Assembly (NCBI GenBank): GCA_963716725.1
Contig: CAVQUB010000021.1
Coordinates: 352,001-416,000, forward strand
DNA: 64,000 nucleotides
Source: an uncultured delta proteobacterium
Lineage (GTDB): Bacteria; Myxococcota_A; Polyangia; Polyangiales; Polyangiaceae
Direction: 5' to 3'
The notes below the pieces were generated by a model, which was not told where the DNA came from, searched no databases, and worked only from the letters and a program-made list of their open reading frames with translations. Both the position numbers and the translations under genes were made by a program. Positions 10,654 to 20,342 of this stretch are shown here, piece after piece (position 1 is the first letter of the stretch; every line of letters starts with the position of its first letter).

Positions 10654-10796
10654 TTTCGCTCGGCGTGGCAGCGCCGGCGCGTTCTGGGTGCGGCTCGCGG
10701 CGCCGTCCGCCGCCTCCGGCCGGCGGCGCAGATGGGCATGCCGCCCGCGCTAAATGACTCGCACAGCTCCTGGGCTCCATTCGATATGCTGTTCTG

Positions 10797-11765
10797 GTGC
10801 GCGTCCGGATCACCAAGTGTCATGCCTGCGGCGGAATGAAGCAGCTGCCGTCGGCGACCGCCTACGTGTACTGCGACTTCTGCGGCGCGCTCGCAGACTG
10901 GGACTTCAACACCGCCTGCAGCGCGGGCAACGCGCTGCCGGGACCGGCCTACGAGGCCCTCGCGCGCCAGCTCGCGCCGGCGATGAACCACGCAAAGCTC
11001 CAGCGTGACACGGCGACGCTGAAGGCGCTGTACACTCAGCTCTTCGCGCGACACGTCGAGCTCTGCCCGTCGTCGTACTCGCCGCGCATCCGAAGCCCCG
11101 GGTTTCGCGGGCGCTTCCTGGACTACTACTCGGACATGATGATCGTGCGCGACCTCGACCCGCGCGTCGCGCAGCTCTCTGGACTGCTCAACCAGCGCAT
11201 CGCCGAGCTGCGCCAAGCGCGCTCCCTAGGCTCCGGCGGGATGGCCGTGAGCTTCTTCGGCCTGGTGGTCGCCTCGCAGCCCATGAGCACGCAGTTCCCC
11301 GATGCGCAGTTCTGGGCGGTTTATCAGGCGTTCCGCCAGCAGTATCGCGCCCACATGGACGGGATGTCGCAGGTCGGAGTGATCGCCAAATACCCCGACC
11401 CGGTCAGGCCCGAGCTGCTCGAGCGCATCGGCGTGTCGGCCTTCGTGCAGGGCTGGCTGTCTTGGATTTCGCCGGCCATGCAGGGCTACCTGCTCGATGA
11501 CGCGAAGCTCCGCGACGCGTACGTCGACATCACGCCGCCGGCGCTCTTGCTCCGGCGCTGCGGGCGCTGCGGCACCCGCGTGGACACGATCACCGGCGCT
11601 TGGTGCGTGGTCTGCTTCACCTGCGGCGAGAAACTCGACGTCAAACAAGCCGAGGTCACCTGCCCCGGCTGTGGCGGACCGTCGTCGGTCGTCGACGGCA
11701 GCGAGGGCTTCGCCTGCCCGTTCTGCGGGGTGCGGGCGGAGCGGGTGCGCGGGGCCCTCGGCTGA
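10797..11765 (+). CDS. Hypothetical protein with N- and C-terminal Zn-ribbon (CxxC) motifs
   Basis: CHAC/CDFC at the N-terminus; CGRC, CFTC, CPGC and CPFC at the C-terminus. Confidence 0.65.
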   Translation: MRVRITKCHACGGMKQLPSATAYVYCDFCGALADWDFNTACSAGNALPGPAYEALARQLAPAMNHAKLQRDTATLKALYTQLFARHVELCPSSYSPRIRSPGFRGRFLDYYSDMMIVRDLDPRVAQLSGLLNQRIAELRQARSLGSGGMAVSFFGLVVASQPMSTQFPDAQFWAVYQAFRQQYRAHMDGMSQVGVIAKYPDPVRPELLERIGVSAFVQGWLSWISPAMQGYLLDDAKLRDAYVDITPPALLLRRCGRCGTRVDTITGAWCVVCFTCGEKLDVKQAEVTCPGCGGPSSVVDGSEGFACPFCGVRAERVRGALG

Positions 11766-11814
11766 CGCACGGCGTCGCTCGCTGCTCGGGTTCCGCGTTC
11801 TTCGCGCGGGCATC

Positions 11815-11892
11815 AACCACACCGGCGAAGCCGAGAGATGATACGATGACCTCGTCGCCTCCAGCTCGCACATCGGACCGATGGCGTGAGCG
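11815..11892 (+). repeat. Degenerate 78-bp direct repeat, copy 2 (decayed gene end, TGG>TGA)
   Basis: Translates NHTGEAER*YDDLVASSSHIGPMA*, versus NKTGEATKWYDDVVAASSYIGPMK* in copy 1. Confidence 0.75.
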
Positions 11893-11909
11893 GGGCGAGG
11901 CTCGGTCAG

Positions 11910-13286
11910 ATGCTTCATCGATTCGTCTGTCTATTCGCCCTCGGGCTGGTCTTCGCGGCGTGCAGCTCCGACGATGGCGCAGAGCCCAGGCCCCAGGACG
12001 CCGGCGCCGACGTCGGGAGCGACTCGGCGGTCGAGGCGAGCACCGACGGCGGCAGCGACGCAGCCCCCGATGCGAGCAGCGACGGAGCAGCCCCCAAGCT
12101 GCTCTTGCCCAAGTCGGGGCTCGCTCCCGGCGAGCTCGGTGTGCTGGTCAACCAGTCCGATCCGCAGTCGCAAGCGGTCGCCGCCCACTACGTGGCTGCC
12201 CGGAAGATCCCCGCCGCGAACGTGGTCACGCTCTCATTTCCGGTGACCGAGGTGATGACCGAGGCGGACTTCGCCATCGCCAAGGCTGCGGCCGACGCGG
12301 CGCTCGGCCCGAAGATCCAGGCGCTCGCCATCACCTGGACGACTCCGTATCGCGTGTCGTGCATGAGCGTGACGAGCGCGTTTGCGCTGGGCTTCGACAA
12401 GAAGCACTGCAACACGACCGGGGGCGCCTGTGGACCCACGGCCACCGTGCCGACCTTCGATAAAGACACGGTGGCGCCCTTCACCGATCACGGCGTCCGC
12501 CCCGCCATGATGCTGGTGGGCAAAGACGTCGCCACCGCCAAGTCCTTGATCGATCGCGGCGTGGCCTCCGACGACACCTTTCCGGCCGGCGACGGCTGGC
12601 TCGTCCGCACCACGGACACCGCGCGGAGCGTGCGCTGGCCGGCCTTCGTGGCGCTGACCGGCGAGTGGAACGATCCGAAGGTGATGAAGCTGAGCTACGT
12701 CGACAACTCGGCGGGCACGGGCAAAAACTCGATCGAGAACCAGAAGGACGTCTTCATCTATTTCACGGGGCTCGCCACCGTACCGGGCATCGATACCAAT
12801 ACCTATCGGCCCGGGGCTATCGCGGATCACCTCACCAGCTACGGCGGCAAGGTCCCTACCAGCGGACAGATGAGCGTCGCGAAGTGGATTGAAGCGGGCG
12901 TGACCGGCAGCTTCGGCACGGTGGTAGAGCCTTGCAACTACACCAGCAAGTTCCCGGACCCTCGGGTGGTGGTCCCGCGGTACTACCGCGGCGAGACGCT
13001 GATCGAGGCGTACTTCAAGAGCGTGCTCACGCCCGGCGAGGGGCTCTTCGTGGGCGAGCCGCTGGCGCGACCCTTCGGCGCCGAGCCCGTCACCTTTGCG
13101 GGCGGAGTGCTGAGCGTGCAGACGACGCACCTCGATCCGAAGCACAGCTACGCCATCGAGGCGGCAGACAGCGAGAACGGGCCCTTTTCGCCGGTCCAAA
13201 CCGGGATCACTGTGCCCAGTCATCAGCGTGTGACCTTGAGCGTCTCGCCGGCAGACAAGGCCGTGTATCGCCTCGTTCGCGAGTGA
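11910..13286 (+). CDS. TIGR03790 family lipoprotein
   Basis: Lipobox VFAAC; PGAIADHLTSYGG, GVTGSFGTVVEP, and GEGLFVGEPLARPF motifs. Confidence 0.75.
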   Translation: MLHRFVCLFALGLVFAACSSDDGAEPRPQDAGADVGSDSAVEASTDGGSDAAPDASSDGAAPKLLLPKSGLAPGELGVLVNQSDPQSQAVAAHYVAARKIPAANVVTLSFPVTEVMTEADFAIAKAAADAALGPKIQALAITWTTPYRVSCMSVTSAFALGFDKKHCNTTGGACGPTATVPTFDKDTVAPFTDHGVRPAMMLVGKDVATAKSLIDRGVASDDTFPAGDGWLVRTTDTARSVRWPAFVALTGEWNDPKVMKLSYVDNSAGTGKNSIENQKDVFIYFTGLATVPGIDTNTYRPGAIADHLTSYGGKVPTSGQMSVAKWIEAGVTGSFGTVVEPCNYTSKFPDPRVVVPRYYRGETLIEAYFKSVLTPGEGLFVGEPLARPFGAEPVTFAGGVLSVQTTHLDPKHSYAIEAADSENGPFSPVQTGITVPSHQRVTLSVSPADKAVYRLVRE

Positions 13287-13570
13287 GCACCTCCGCTCAG
13301 CACACCAGCGCGAGTCGAAGGTCGGAAACGCGCAGGCGTGCGCAGACTCCCCAGGGCAGCTCGATTCGGTCGCTCTCGATCCCGTCGCCGAAGACCACGC
13401 CGCCCGACGGGTGCTCGAGTTCGCTCGCGTCGGCGCGGCTCAGGAAGGCCGCCTCGCCGTCGGGGTCGGGCTTCTCAGGGGCTTTCTTGCTGGACTTGCC
13501 CGGGGCAACGGCGCGCGCCCCGGTGCGCGGCCGCCACCTGCTCGCCGCCTCGGAGGCCGAGTGAATCGCC

Positions 13571-14626
13571 TCACTCGTCGTCGGCGGGGCCCACGTCGCC
13601 GACCACGGCCGCGCCCCAGCGTTTGGCCGTCGGCCGCTCGATGGTGCGGGCGAGTTTGTCGCGCTGGTCCGCCTTCACTATCGCCAGCAGCGTGGAGATG
13701 TACGCCACCCGGTGGGCCATGCGCGCTCGCGGCCCGCGACCCAGATCGAGACCGGCCGCGCTGAACGTGGGCTTGTTGAACGCGGCGAGCAGGCCCCGCA
13801 TCCGCCCGGCGCGCGCTTCGCGTTGGGCTCGGTTTCTGAGCTCGACGTCGAAGCGGATCAGGATGGCCTTGACCCGCTGTTGCTGCTTTTCGTCGAGATC
13901 GAGCAGCTTGGTCACGCGGGCGAGGCGCCGCTGCGCGCGGTCGGCGCGTCGGGTTTCTTCCGCCTCCGCGTTGGCCTTGGAGGGCTTGCCCGCCTTGGAC
14001 GACTTGCCCGCCTTGGCGGCCTTGGCCTCGGCGGCGGCCTTCTCCGCGGTGCTCGGGTACTTCTTGCGAAGACCGTCCACGAGCTCCTTCCGCTGCTCGT
14101 CGTCGAGCAAGGCATGCAGATCGACCAACGCGGCGGCCTCCGCGGCGTTCCGCGTTCGCGCGATTCGATCGAGCGTGGCGTAGTGCGGTTGCAGCTTCTG
14201 CTCGGCGATCTGACCCGCCTTTACGCCCTCGAGCACGGCCGCGACGAACAGCTTCAGAGCGGCTTTCGTCTCTTCAGCCTCCTTGGGATCGGCGGCCAGG
14301 CGTTCTTCAATGGCCTCGAGTTTGCTCTTCTGCTCGTCGGAGAGCTCCACGGCGCGCGCGCGGATCATCAGCTCGCCGGCGACGTCGCGGCGCAGCACCA
14401 CCCGGGGCTTCTCGGGCGGAGCTTCGGCCGAGGCCGAAGGCCCGGGCGCGGCGGAAGGTGCGACGCTCGCCGACGACGGCGGCTCCTCGAGGTCGGGCAG
14501 CTGGGGCGCGCTCGGAGCTGCGCTCGCGCTCGCGGCGGCCGACTCCGAGGTCGTCTTCTTCCCGCAGCCGAGGGGCAGCGCGACGAGGGTCAGCACCAGC
14601 AGTGCTTGGCGTTGCAGCGACGTCAC
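13571..14626 (-). CDS. Helical lipoprotein, Spy/CpxP-like repeats
   Basis: Signal peptide LPLGC; Ala/Pro linker; LSDEQK, LDDEQR and LDEKQQ motifs. Start chosen at GTG 14626. Confidence 0.6.
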   Translation of the reverse strand: MTSLQRQALLVLTLVALPLGCGKKTTSESAAASASAAPSAPQLPDLEEPPSSASVAPSAAPGPSASAEAPPEKPRVVLRRDVAGELMIRARAVELSDEQKSKLEAIEERLAADPKEAEETKAALKLFVAAVLEGVKAGQIAEQKLQPHYATLDRIARTRNAAEAAALVDLHALLDDEQRKELVDGLRKKYPSTAEKAAAEAKAAKAGKSSKAGKPSKANAEAEETRRADRAQRRLARVTKLLDLDEKQQQRVKAILIRFDVELRNRAQREARAGRMRGLLAAFNKPTFSAAGLDLGRGPRARMAHRVAYISTLLAIVKADQRDKLARTIERPTAKRWGAAVVGDVGPADDE

Positions 14627-14687
14627 GCAGAGACGAGAGCACACACGTCGCGCCGTCGCAACGAGATGACCTATAGTTGCGACCCCG

Positions 14688-15887
14688 ATGCGCTTCGGAC
14701 GTTCAGCCACGTTGTTCCTGGCGGTGACGTGCGTTGCCGTCGGATCTGCGGCCGAACCGCGGCCCACCCTCGACGACTTCTACGACCGCACCCGCGGGCG
14801 AACGGAGGGCTTCGAAGCGTGCTTGGGCTATTGCGATGGCGAGACGCTCGCAGCGTTCCTGATCGGAGCGCAGCTGGCCGATCCGACGACCGACGCCGTA
14901 CAGCGCGCGACGGCCTATGGCGGGCGACTCGGCGTCGACCTCGGGGCGTTCTTCGGACGCTACGACGTGGCTCGCACCAAGCTGTGGGCGGACGTCCTGC
15001 GCGTGCCGGATCAAAACGAAACCGTCACGGACTTGGCCTGGAAGAACACCTGGTTCTGGTCGGCGGCGGATCCCGACCACGAAGGGCTCCACGTCTCCTT
15101 CGACTCGGTGCTCGCCAAGCGATCGGAGCTCGAGCCCTCGGATCTCGCGGAGCTTCAGCTCGTGCCGTATCAGAGCGCTGATCTCGAGCTGGAAGCGACG
15201 CCGGTCGGACCCAAGGTCGACAAGGACGCCTCACTGGCGCTGCCGATCGGCGTCGCTTCGCGCCTACGCTGGTCCGAGCAGGGACAGACCCTCGAACGCC
15301 GCCAGAGCGTCTCGGCCGCGCTGGCGTTCCGGGGCTTCTTGAAGCGCCTGCGCCACCACTACCAACTCGACGCGCTGAGGGTGAAGCGCACGGCGTGGGA
15401 AGTGGTCGGTGGCGACGCGACGTCGTGGAATGTCTCAGCGGGCTACCAGCGCCTGTCGCCGGACGTGGACTGGCTGCAGATCTGGCTGCTCGCCGGCTAC
15501 GCCTGGAACGACGGGCGGAACGCCAGCCACGGCTTCCTCGCGCAGCTCGGCGCCGAGACGCGCCTCCCCCTCGACTCGGGCGAGCTCGAGCTGGGCCCGA
15601 CCTACGAGGCGCATTTCGTGATCGACCAACGTACCGCGCGCTTCGAGCGGGTGCACGAGCTGCGCCTCTACTATCGGCAGCGGTGGGGCGTGCTGCGCTG
15701 GGGCCTCGCGTATCAGGCCGTCGCGCTCGAGGATCTCGCGAAGCTGCACGCGCTCACTCCGGAGCTCGGGGCGCGCCTCTTGGGCCTCGATCTCGGCCTG
15801 CGTTATCGCTTCGCGGTGGTGCGCGACAAGCGCTTCCCCGGTATGCCGGAGAACCGCTTCAACGCCATGGTCGACTTCGTGTTCTGA
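14688..15887 (+). CDS. Hypothetical secreted protein, possible outer-membrane beta-barrel
   Basis: Signal peptide, amphipathic beta-strands, terminal Phe (MVDFVF). Confidence 0.6.
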   Translation: MRFGRSATLFLAVTCVAVGSAAEPRPTLDDFYDRTRGRTEGFEACLGYCDGETLAAFLIGAQLADPTTDAVQRATAYGGRLGVDLGAFFGRYDVARTKLWADVLRVPDQNETVTDLAWKNTWFWSAADPDHEGLHVSFDSVLAKRSELEPSDLAELQLVPYQSADLELEATPVGPKVDKDASLALPIGVASRLRWSEQGQTLERRQSVSAALAFRGFLKRLRHHYQLDALRVKRTAWEVVGGDATSWNVSAGYQRLSPDVDWLQIWLLAGYAWNDGRNASHGFLAQLGAETRLPLDSGELELGPTYEAHFVIDQRTARFERVHELRLYYRQRWGVLRWGLAYQAVALEDLAKLHALTPELGARLLGLDLGLRYRFAVVRDKRFPGMPENRFNAMVDFVF

Positions 15888-15901
15888 TATTCTGTCGCGC
15901 G

Positions 15902-16534
15902 ATGAGCCCTCCGGACGACCGCGCAACCATCCTCAGGCGTCGAGCGCTGTTCTTGGGGTCGGCCCTCGCGACCCTCGGCAGCTGCCAGAAGACCGGCGCG
16001 CCGGCCGAGACCGCTAGCGGTCCCGTGATCTTGGTGCCAACGGGCGAAGCCGAGGACGCGGGCGCGAACAATCCGGAACCTCCCGCGGGCGACGCCGGAC
16101 CGCGACCGCGCGGCGGCATGCCGTCGCTCGAGATCCCGAGCGGCGTCAGCGAAGCGGCGCGCTCGAACTACGAGAGTCTGGTCACGCGCATGGGCCGCGT
16201 GCACGGCTTGCTCGACGAGATCGAGCGCGTTGCTCCCAAGTGCAGCATGAGCGCCTGCGAGGACCAATGGGAGCTCGTGGCCAAGAAACTCTTCGAGTTG
16301 GACGAGTCGTTCGGGTTCTCGTACGTGTGCCCGGGCAGCAGCGCAGACGCGAAGGCTTACTTTGCGCGCCAACAAGAGCATATGGATTTCTACGAAGCGC
16401 GCCGCAAAGACCAGACCGCTTGGCTCAGCGGACGACTCGGTGAGCCCGGGTGGGCGCGCCTGCAAGAGCTGGTCGAGAAGGAGCGCTACGCGAACCCGCG
16501 ACCCTGCCTGAGCTACGGCTGCGGCGACTGGTGA
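15902..16534 (+). CDS. Myxobacterial lipoprotein with RRR-type signal
   Basis: MSPPDDRATILRRRALFLGSALATLGSC; C-terminal PRPCLS motif. Confidence 0.65.
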   Translation: MSPPDDRATILRRRALFLGSALATLGSCQKTGAPAETASGPVILVPTGEAEDAGANNPEPPAGDAGPRPRGGMPSLEIPSGVSEAARSNYESLVTRMGRVHGLLDEIERVAPKCSMSACEDQWELVAKKLFELDESFGFSYVCPGSSADAKAYFARQQEHMDFYEARRKDQTAWLSGRLGEPGWARLQELVEKERYANPRPCLSYGCGDW

Positions 16535-16543
16535 CGCCTGCGC

Positions 16544-17077
16544 TCAGCCGCCGAATCGGCGCCAGGTCGGTCCTGGATGCGCTTCGCCGCAGGCCTCGGC
16601 GGCGGCGAGCTCCACGGCTTCGAGAATTTGCGTATAGCCGGTGCAGCGGCACAGGTTTCCCGACAGCGCTTGTTTGATCTCGTCGCGGGTCGGGCGCGCG
16701 TTCTTGGCCAGCAACGCCTTGGCGGACAGGATCATGCCCGGCTGGCAGAAGCCACATTGCAGCGCACCCGAGCGATCGAAGGCATCTTGCAGCGGGTCCA
16801 CGCCGCTGCCCCCGGCGCGCTTGTGCAGGGGGGTGAGCCCCTCGATGGTCACTATTTCTTTGCCCTCGGCGGTCGCCGCCAGGGTGAGGCAGGCCAGCAC
16901 CGGCTCGCCGTCCATCAGCACCGTGCACGCCCCGCAGTCGCCCTTGTCGCAGCCTTGCTTGCTGCCGGTGAGACCGAGCGAGTAGCGCAGGACCTCGAGC
17001 AAGGTCCAGTGCTCGGGCGCGGCGACGTCGACGCTGTCGCCGTTGAGTTTGAGCTTGAGGCTGCGGTGGCTCGGCAC
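16544..17077 (-). CDS. hcrC: (2Fe-2S)-binding subunit, CoxS/HcrC-like
   Basis: GSKQGCDKGDCGACTV, QCGFCQPG and GNLCRCTGY motifs. Start position is uncertain. Confidence 0.8.
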   Translation of the reverse strand: MPSHRSLKLKLNGDSVDVAAPEHWTLLEVLRYSLGLTGSKQGCDKGDCGACTVLMDGEPVLACLTLAATAEGKEIVTIEGLTPLHKRAGGSGVDPLQDAFDRSGALQCGFCQPGMILSAKALLAKNARPTRDEIKQALSGNLCRCTGYTQILEAVELAAAEACGEAHPGPTWRRFGG

Positions 17078-17196
17078 GAGTCCTTGTCTGATGCGGCGCG
17101 ACGGAGGCGTCAACTCGACTTGAGATCGGTCAACCCCGGACCGATCCGTGACACAGCGTGACCCGATGCTGGCATCGCGCCCGATAGCGTGCCGCC

Positions 17197-19056
17197 ATGG
17201 CAAACAAGCTGCTTTTGACCAGCGTCGTGCGCCCCTTCGGCGGCCCCGGAGAGGGCGACAGCGTGGGGGCCGAGCTGTTCCACGCGCAGGTCACCCGGGC
17301 GCAGGGGCCCTTCAGCTTGCGGCAGGTGGTCCGCGTCTGGGCCATCGACTACCTGGCAGAGAACGTCGAGGCGCCGACGGTCACCCTCCACTACCCATCG
17401 AAGCGGGAGCTGATCCGCGAGCTCAGGACCGGCGAGTACACTCACGTGGGCATCAACTTCGTGGTCGCCACCTTCCACAAGGTCCGCGAGATGGTGCCGC
17501 TCATCCGGCGCTACGCGCCCAAGGCCAAGATCATCCTCGGGGGCTACGGCACGGTGCTGCCCGACGAGGTGCTCGCCCCCTGGGCCGACGCCATCTGCCG
17601 CGAAGAAGGTGTCGGTTTCTTGCGCCGGAGTTTGGGCGAAGAAGTCTCGGCGCCCCTGCGACATCCGCACGCGCCCATCCCCAGCGTGCAGGTCCTGGGC
17701 TTTCAGCTCCGCGCCGTGGTTGGCCACGTGACTGCTGGGCTCGGCTGCTCCAACGGCTGTGACTTCTGCTGCACGTCGCATTTCTTCAAGCAGAAGTACG
17801 TGCCCTTCAGCAAGAGTGGTCGCGACATCTACGAATCGCTGATCGAAACCCGGCGCCGCTCGGAGGCCGAGGGCACTCCGATGAACGGCTTCATCGTCAT
17901 TGACGAGGACTTCTTCTTGCACCGTCGGCGCGCAAAGGAGTTCCTCGACTCGGTGCGCGAGGGCGGCGAGTCCCTGAGCCTGATGGGCTTTGGCAGCGTG
18001 CGCGGCCTCGCGCAGTTCAGCGCGCGTGAGATCGCCGAGATGGGCTTCGATTTGGTGTGGAACGCCTTCGAGGGCGCCAACGCAGGCTACCGAAAGCAGC
18101 AGGGCAAGAGCTTCGCGGAGCTCTACGCCGACTTGAAGAGCGTCGGTTGTGGCCAGCTCACCAGCATGATCGTCGGGTTTCCCTACCAGACCGAGGCCAC
18201 CATCTGGAGCGAGTTCGAAGAGCTGATGGCGCTCGAGCCGGGCCTCACCCAGTGTCTGATCTACTTTGCCTTCCCGGGCACTCCCTTCCACGAGCAAGTG
18301 ATCGCGGAGGGGCGCTATCGATCGAGCTTCAAGCAGGCGCCAGATCTTCGTCGCTGGGACGGCTTCGCGATGCACTTCGATCACCCACACTTCGAAAAGC
18401 CCGAGGCGGTGGAGGCCATCCAGCGCGCCATCTACGAGGAAGACTTCAAGCGCCTCGGACCGAGCCCGCTCCGCCTCGCGCGGGTCTGGCTCACCGGTTA
18501 CGAAAACCTTCGCCACGACGAGAACCCGCTGTTGAGGAAGCGCGCGGAGCGCCTGCGCCAGGACGTGCGCGGCGCGCTGCCGGTGACCACTGCGGCCATC
18601 GCCTTCGCACCCAGCGCCGAGGCGCGCGAGCGCGCGCGCCGGCTTCGATCCGACATCATCCGTCTGACGGGTGAACTCAGCGCCGAGGATCACGCCCGAA
18701 GCGCTGGAGCTCCGGTGCTCTACCTCGCCTCGCGCGCCGCCCGGGCGCTGGGCATCGGCCAGCAGCCGGGCTTGCTGCGCGCCGAACACCGGCAGGGCGG
18801 CCGCGACGGAGCCCGCGCCGACGAGGTCTTCCGGTTGCAGGGTGGCGCGTCAGGGGGACTCGGTCGAATGCTGGTGGAAGACGTGGCGGAGAACCTGCGG
18901 CGTTTCGTCGAGCGTCGGCGCGCGCAGCTGGGTCGCAAGGAGCTGATGGCGGTCACCACCCGGCCCCAGCCCATGCAGCGTTCGCTGCCGCTGGTTCCCA
19001 CCCCCCAGCCCGTGCCCTCGTGCGGCTCTGAGTGCGAAGCAGCAGCTGCAGAATAG
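17197..19056 (+). CDS. B12-binding domain radical SAM protein
   Basis: CSNGCDFC (CX3CX2C) motif; N-terminal cobalamin-binding-like region (KIILGGYG); FPGTPF. Confidence 0.8.
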   Translation: MANKLLLTSVVRPFGGPGEGDSVGAELFHAQVTRAQGPFSLRQVVRVWAIDYLAENVEAPTVTLHYPSKRELIRELRTGEYTHVGINFVVATFHKVREMVPLIRRYAPKAKIILGGYGTVLPDEVLAPWADAICREEGVGFLRRSLGEEVSAPLRHPHAPIPSVQVLGFQLRAVVGHVTAGLGCSNGCDFCCTSHFFKQKYVPFSKSGRDIYESLIETRRRSEAEGTPMNGFIVIDEDFFLHRRRAKEFLDSVREGGESLSLMGFGSVRGLAQFSAREIAEMGFDLVWNAFEGANAGYRKQQGKSFAELYADLKSVGCGQLTSMIVGFPYQTEATIWSEFEELMALEPGLTQCLIYFAFPGTPFHEQVIAEGRYRSSFKQAPDLRRWDGFAMHFDHPHFEKPEAVEAIQRAIYEEDFKRLGPSPLRLARVWLTGYENLRHDENPLLRKRAERLRQDVRGALPVTTAAIAFAPSAEARERARRLRSDIIRLTGELSAEDHARSAGAPVLYLASRAARALGIGQQPGLLRAEHRQGGRDGARADEVFRLQGGASGGLGRMLVEDVAENLRRFVERRRAQLGRKELMAVTTRPQPMQRSLPLVPTPQPVPSCGSECEAAAAE

Positions 19057-19096
19057 CTCGGAGACCCACCGGGCGGACGCATGCTCTACTGAGGGC

Positions 19097-19765
19097 ATGT
19101 CCCGCGCGCTTTGCCTGGCTGGATTCGTCGTCGCCTGTGCTGCAGCTCCGCCGCCCGCGGCCGAGCCCATCGCTCCGGCGACGGAATCGCCGACCGCGGA
19201 CTCGAAGCCGGCTCCCGATCCTGGGGCCAGCGACGTCGCGGCCCCCGAGCTTCCCGGCGCGCCGCCACCAACGGATGTCGGTTGGGACTTTCACGCTTGG
19301 TCCTACGCGCGCGAGCTCACGGTCACGCTGACGTCGGACGGTTGCGAACCCGCGAAGTTGGGGGACAAACCCGACGACACGGTCTGGTGTGCCCACCACG
19401 CCGAGAGCAAAGAGGGCGCGGTGCTGTTCAGTCGCGCGCTCTACGTCGCGCGCAACAAGCGCCTGGTGAAGCTGGCGGAGCTGCCCATCGCCGCCGGGGT
19501 GGTCGACAACCCCGAGCAGCCGAAGGACGAAAAGGACCGTCACGTCGTCCGGCTCGATCTGGTCGCGAGCAGCGACGGCAAGAAGGTCGAGGCGCGTGAG
19601 GCGCCGGGGTTCGACTGCACCAAGGCGCTCAGAGAGAACGCCGACAATCGCGACGTTGCGCGGGAATTGACCGGCGCCCTCGACGAGCGCATTCGCAAAG
19701 TATGCGCTACGCGCGGCGACTGGCGCTGGACCGCTGGCACGCTCCGGCGCGGGCCCGTGAAGTAG
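19097..19765 (+). CDS. Hypothetical lipoprotein
   Basis: Lipobox VVAC, Pro-rich linker. Confidence 0.6.
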   Translation: MSRALCLAGFVVACAAAPPPAAEPIAPATESPTADSKPAPDPGASDVAAPELPGAPPPTDVGWDFHAWSYARELTVTLTSDGCEPAKLGDKPDDTVWCAHHAESKEGAVLFSRALYVARNKRLVKLAELPIAAGVVDNPEQPKDEKDRHVVRLDLVASSDGKKVEAREAPGFDCTKALRENADNRDVARELTGALDERIRKVCATRGDWRWTAGTLRRGPVK

Positions 19766-19774
19766 CGTCCAGGC

Positions 19775-20260
19775 TCAGTCGAACCACTTGCCGCGGTTCT
19801 GCTTGCAGTGCTTCTGCGCGCTCTCGGGCGTGTGGTGCGGCCCGGTGTAGTTGACGAGCATGCCCATCATTTTGCAGGTGCCCTGAACCAACTGAGTGGG
19901 GCACTTCGGCACCACCTTCGCTTTCATCATCTTGGCGACCTCTTCCAGCTTCTTGGCGTCGAACTTGTCCTTCTCGGCCTCCTTGGCTGGAAGAACAGCG
20001 CACTGGCCTTCGTCCTTGAGGTCTTGCAGGTAGCCGACGACGACCTCGCCCGACTCGAGGCCCTCCTGGTCGTACTCCTCCTCGGCTTCGGCGCTCGCCA
20101 CTGCGCTCGGAGCCGCGCTCGGCGCTGCCGCAGCGCTGGCCACGGCGGGCGCAGCCGAAGCCGCGGGCGCTGCCGCCGACGACGCCGCGGCGGGCGCCGC
20201 GTCCTTCTTGTCGCAGCCGACGAGCATCATCAATACGACCAATGCAAAGGCTTTCTTCAT
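19775..20260 (-). CDS. Hypothetical lipoprotein with small Cys-rich domain
   Basis: MKKAF...LVGC signal, Ala-rich linker, four Cys. Confidence 0.7.
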   Translation of the reverse strand: MKKAFALVVLMMLVGCDKKDAAPAAASSAAAPAASAAPAVASAAAAPSAAPSAVASAEAEEEYDQEGLESGEVVVGYLQDLKDEGQCAVLPAKEAEKDKFDAKKLEEVAKMMKAKVVPKCPTQLVQGTCKMMGMLVNYTGPHHTPESAQKHCKQNRGKWFD

Positions 20261-20342
20261 CGTCGCTCTCCTCGGAACAGGCGGCCGAAGCCTAGCCGGA
20301 GAAGCTCTCGCAGGGGCAGGAGTTTCGCGCTACAAACCCGCC

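Noticed and set aside
13970..14040. Short tandem repeats (CTTGCCCGCCTTGG)
   Set aside because: They encode a low-complexity KAGKSSKAGKPSKA linker inside a CDS.
17110..18789. 559-aa minus-strand ORF (likewise 33404..35200, 13712..15181, 35892..37763)
   Set aside because: Antisense shadows of well-supported genes, with no motifs.
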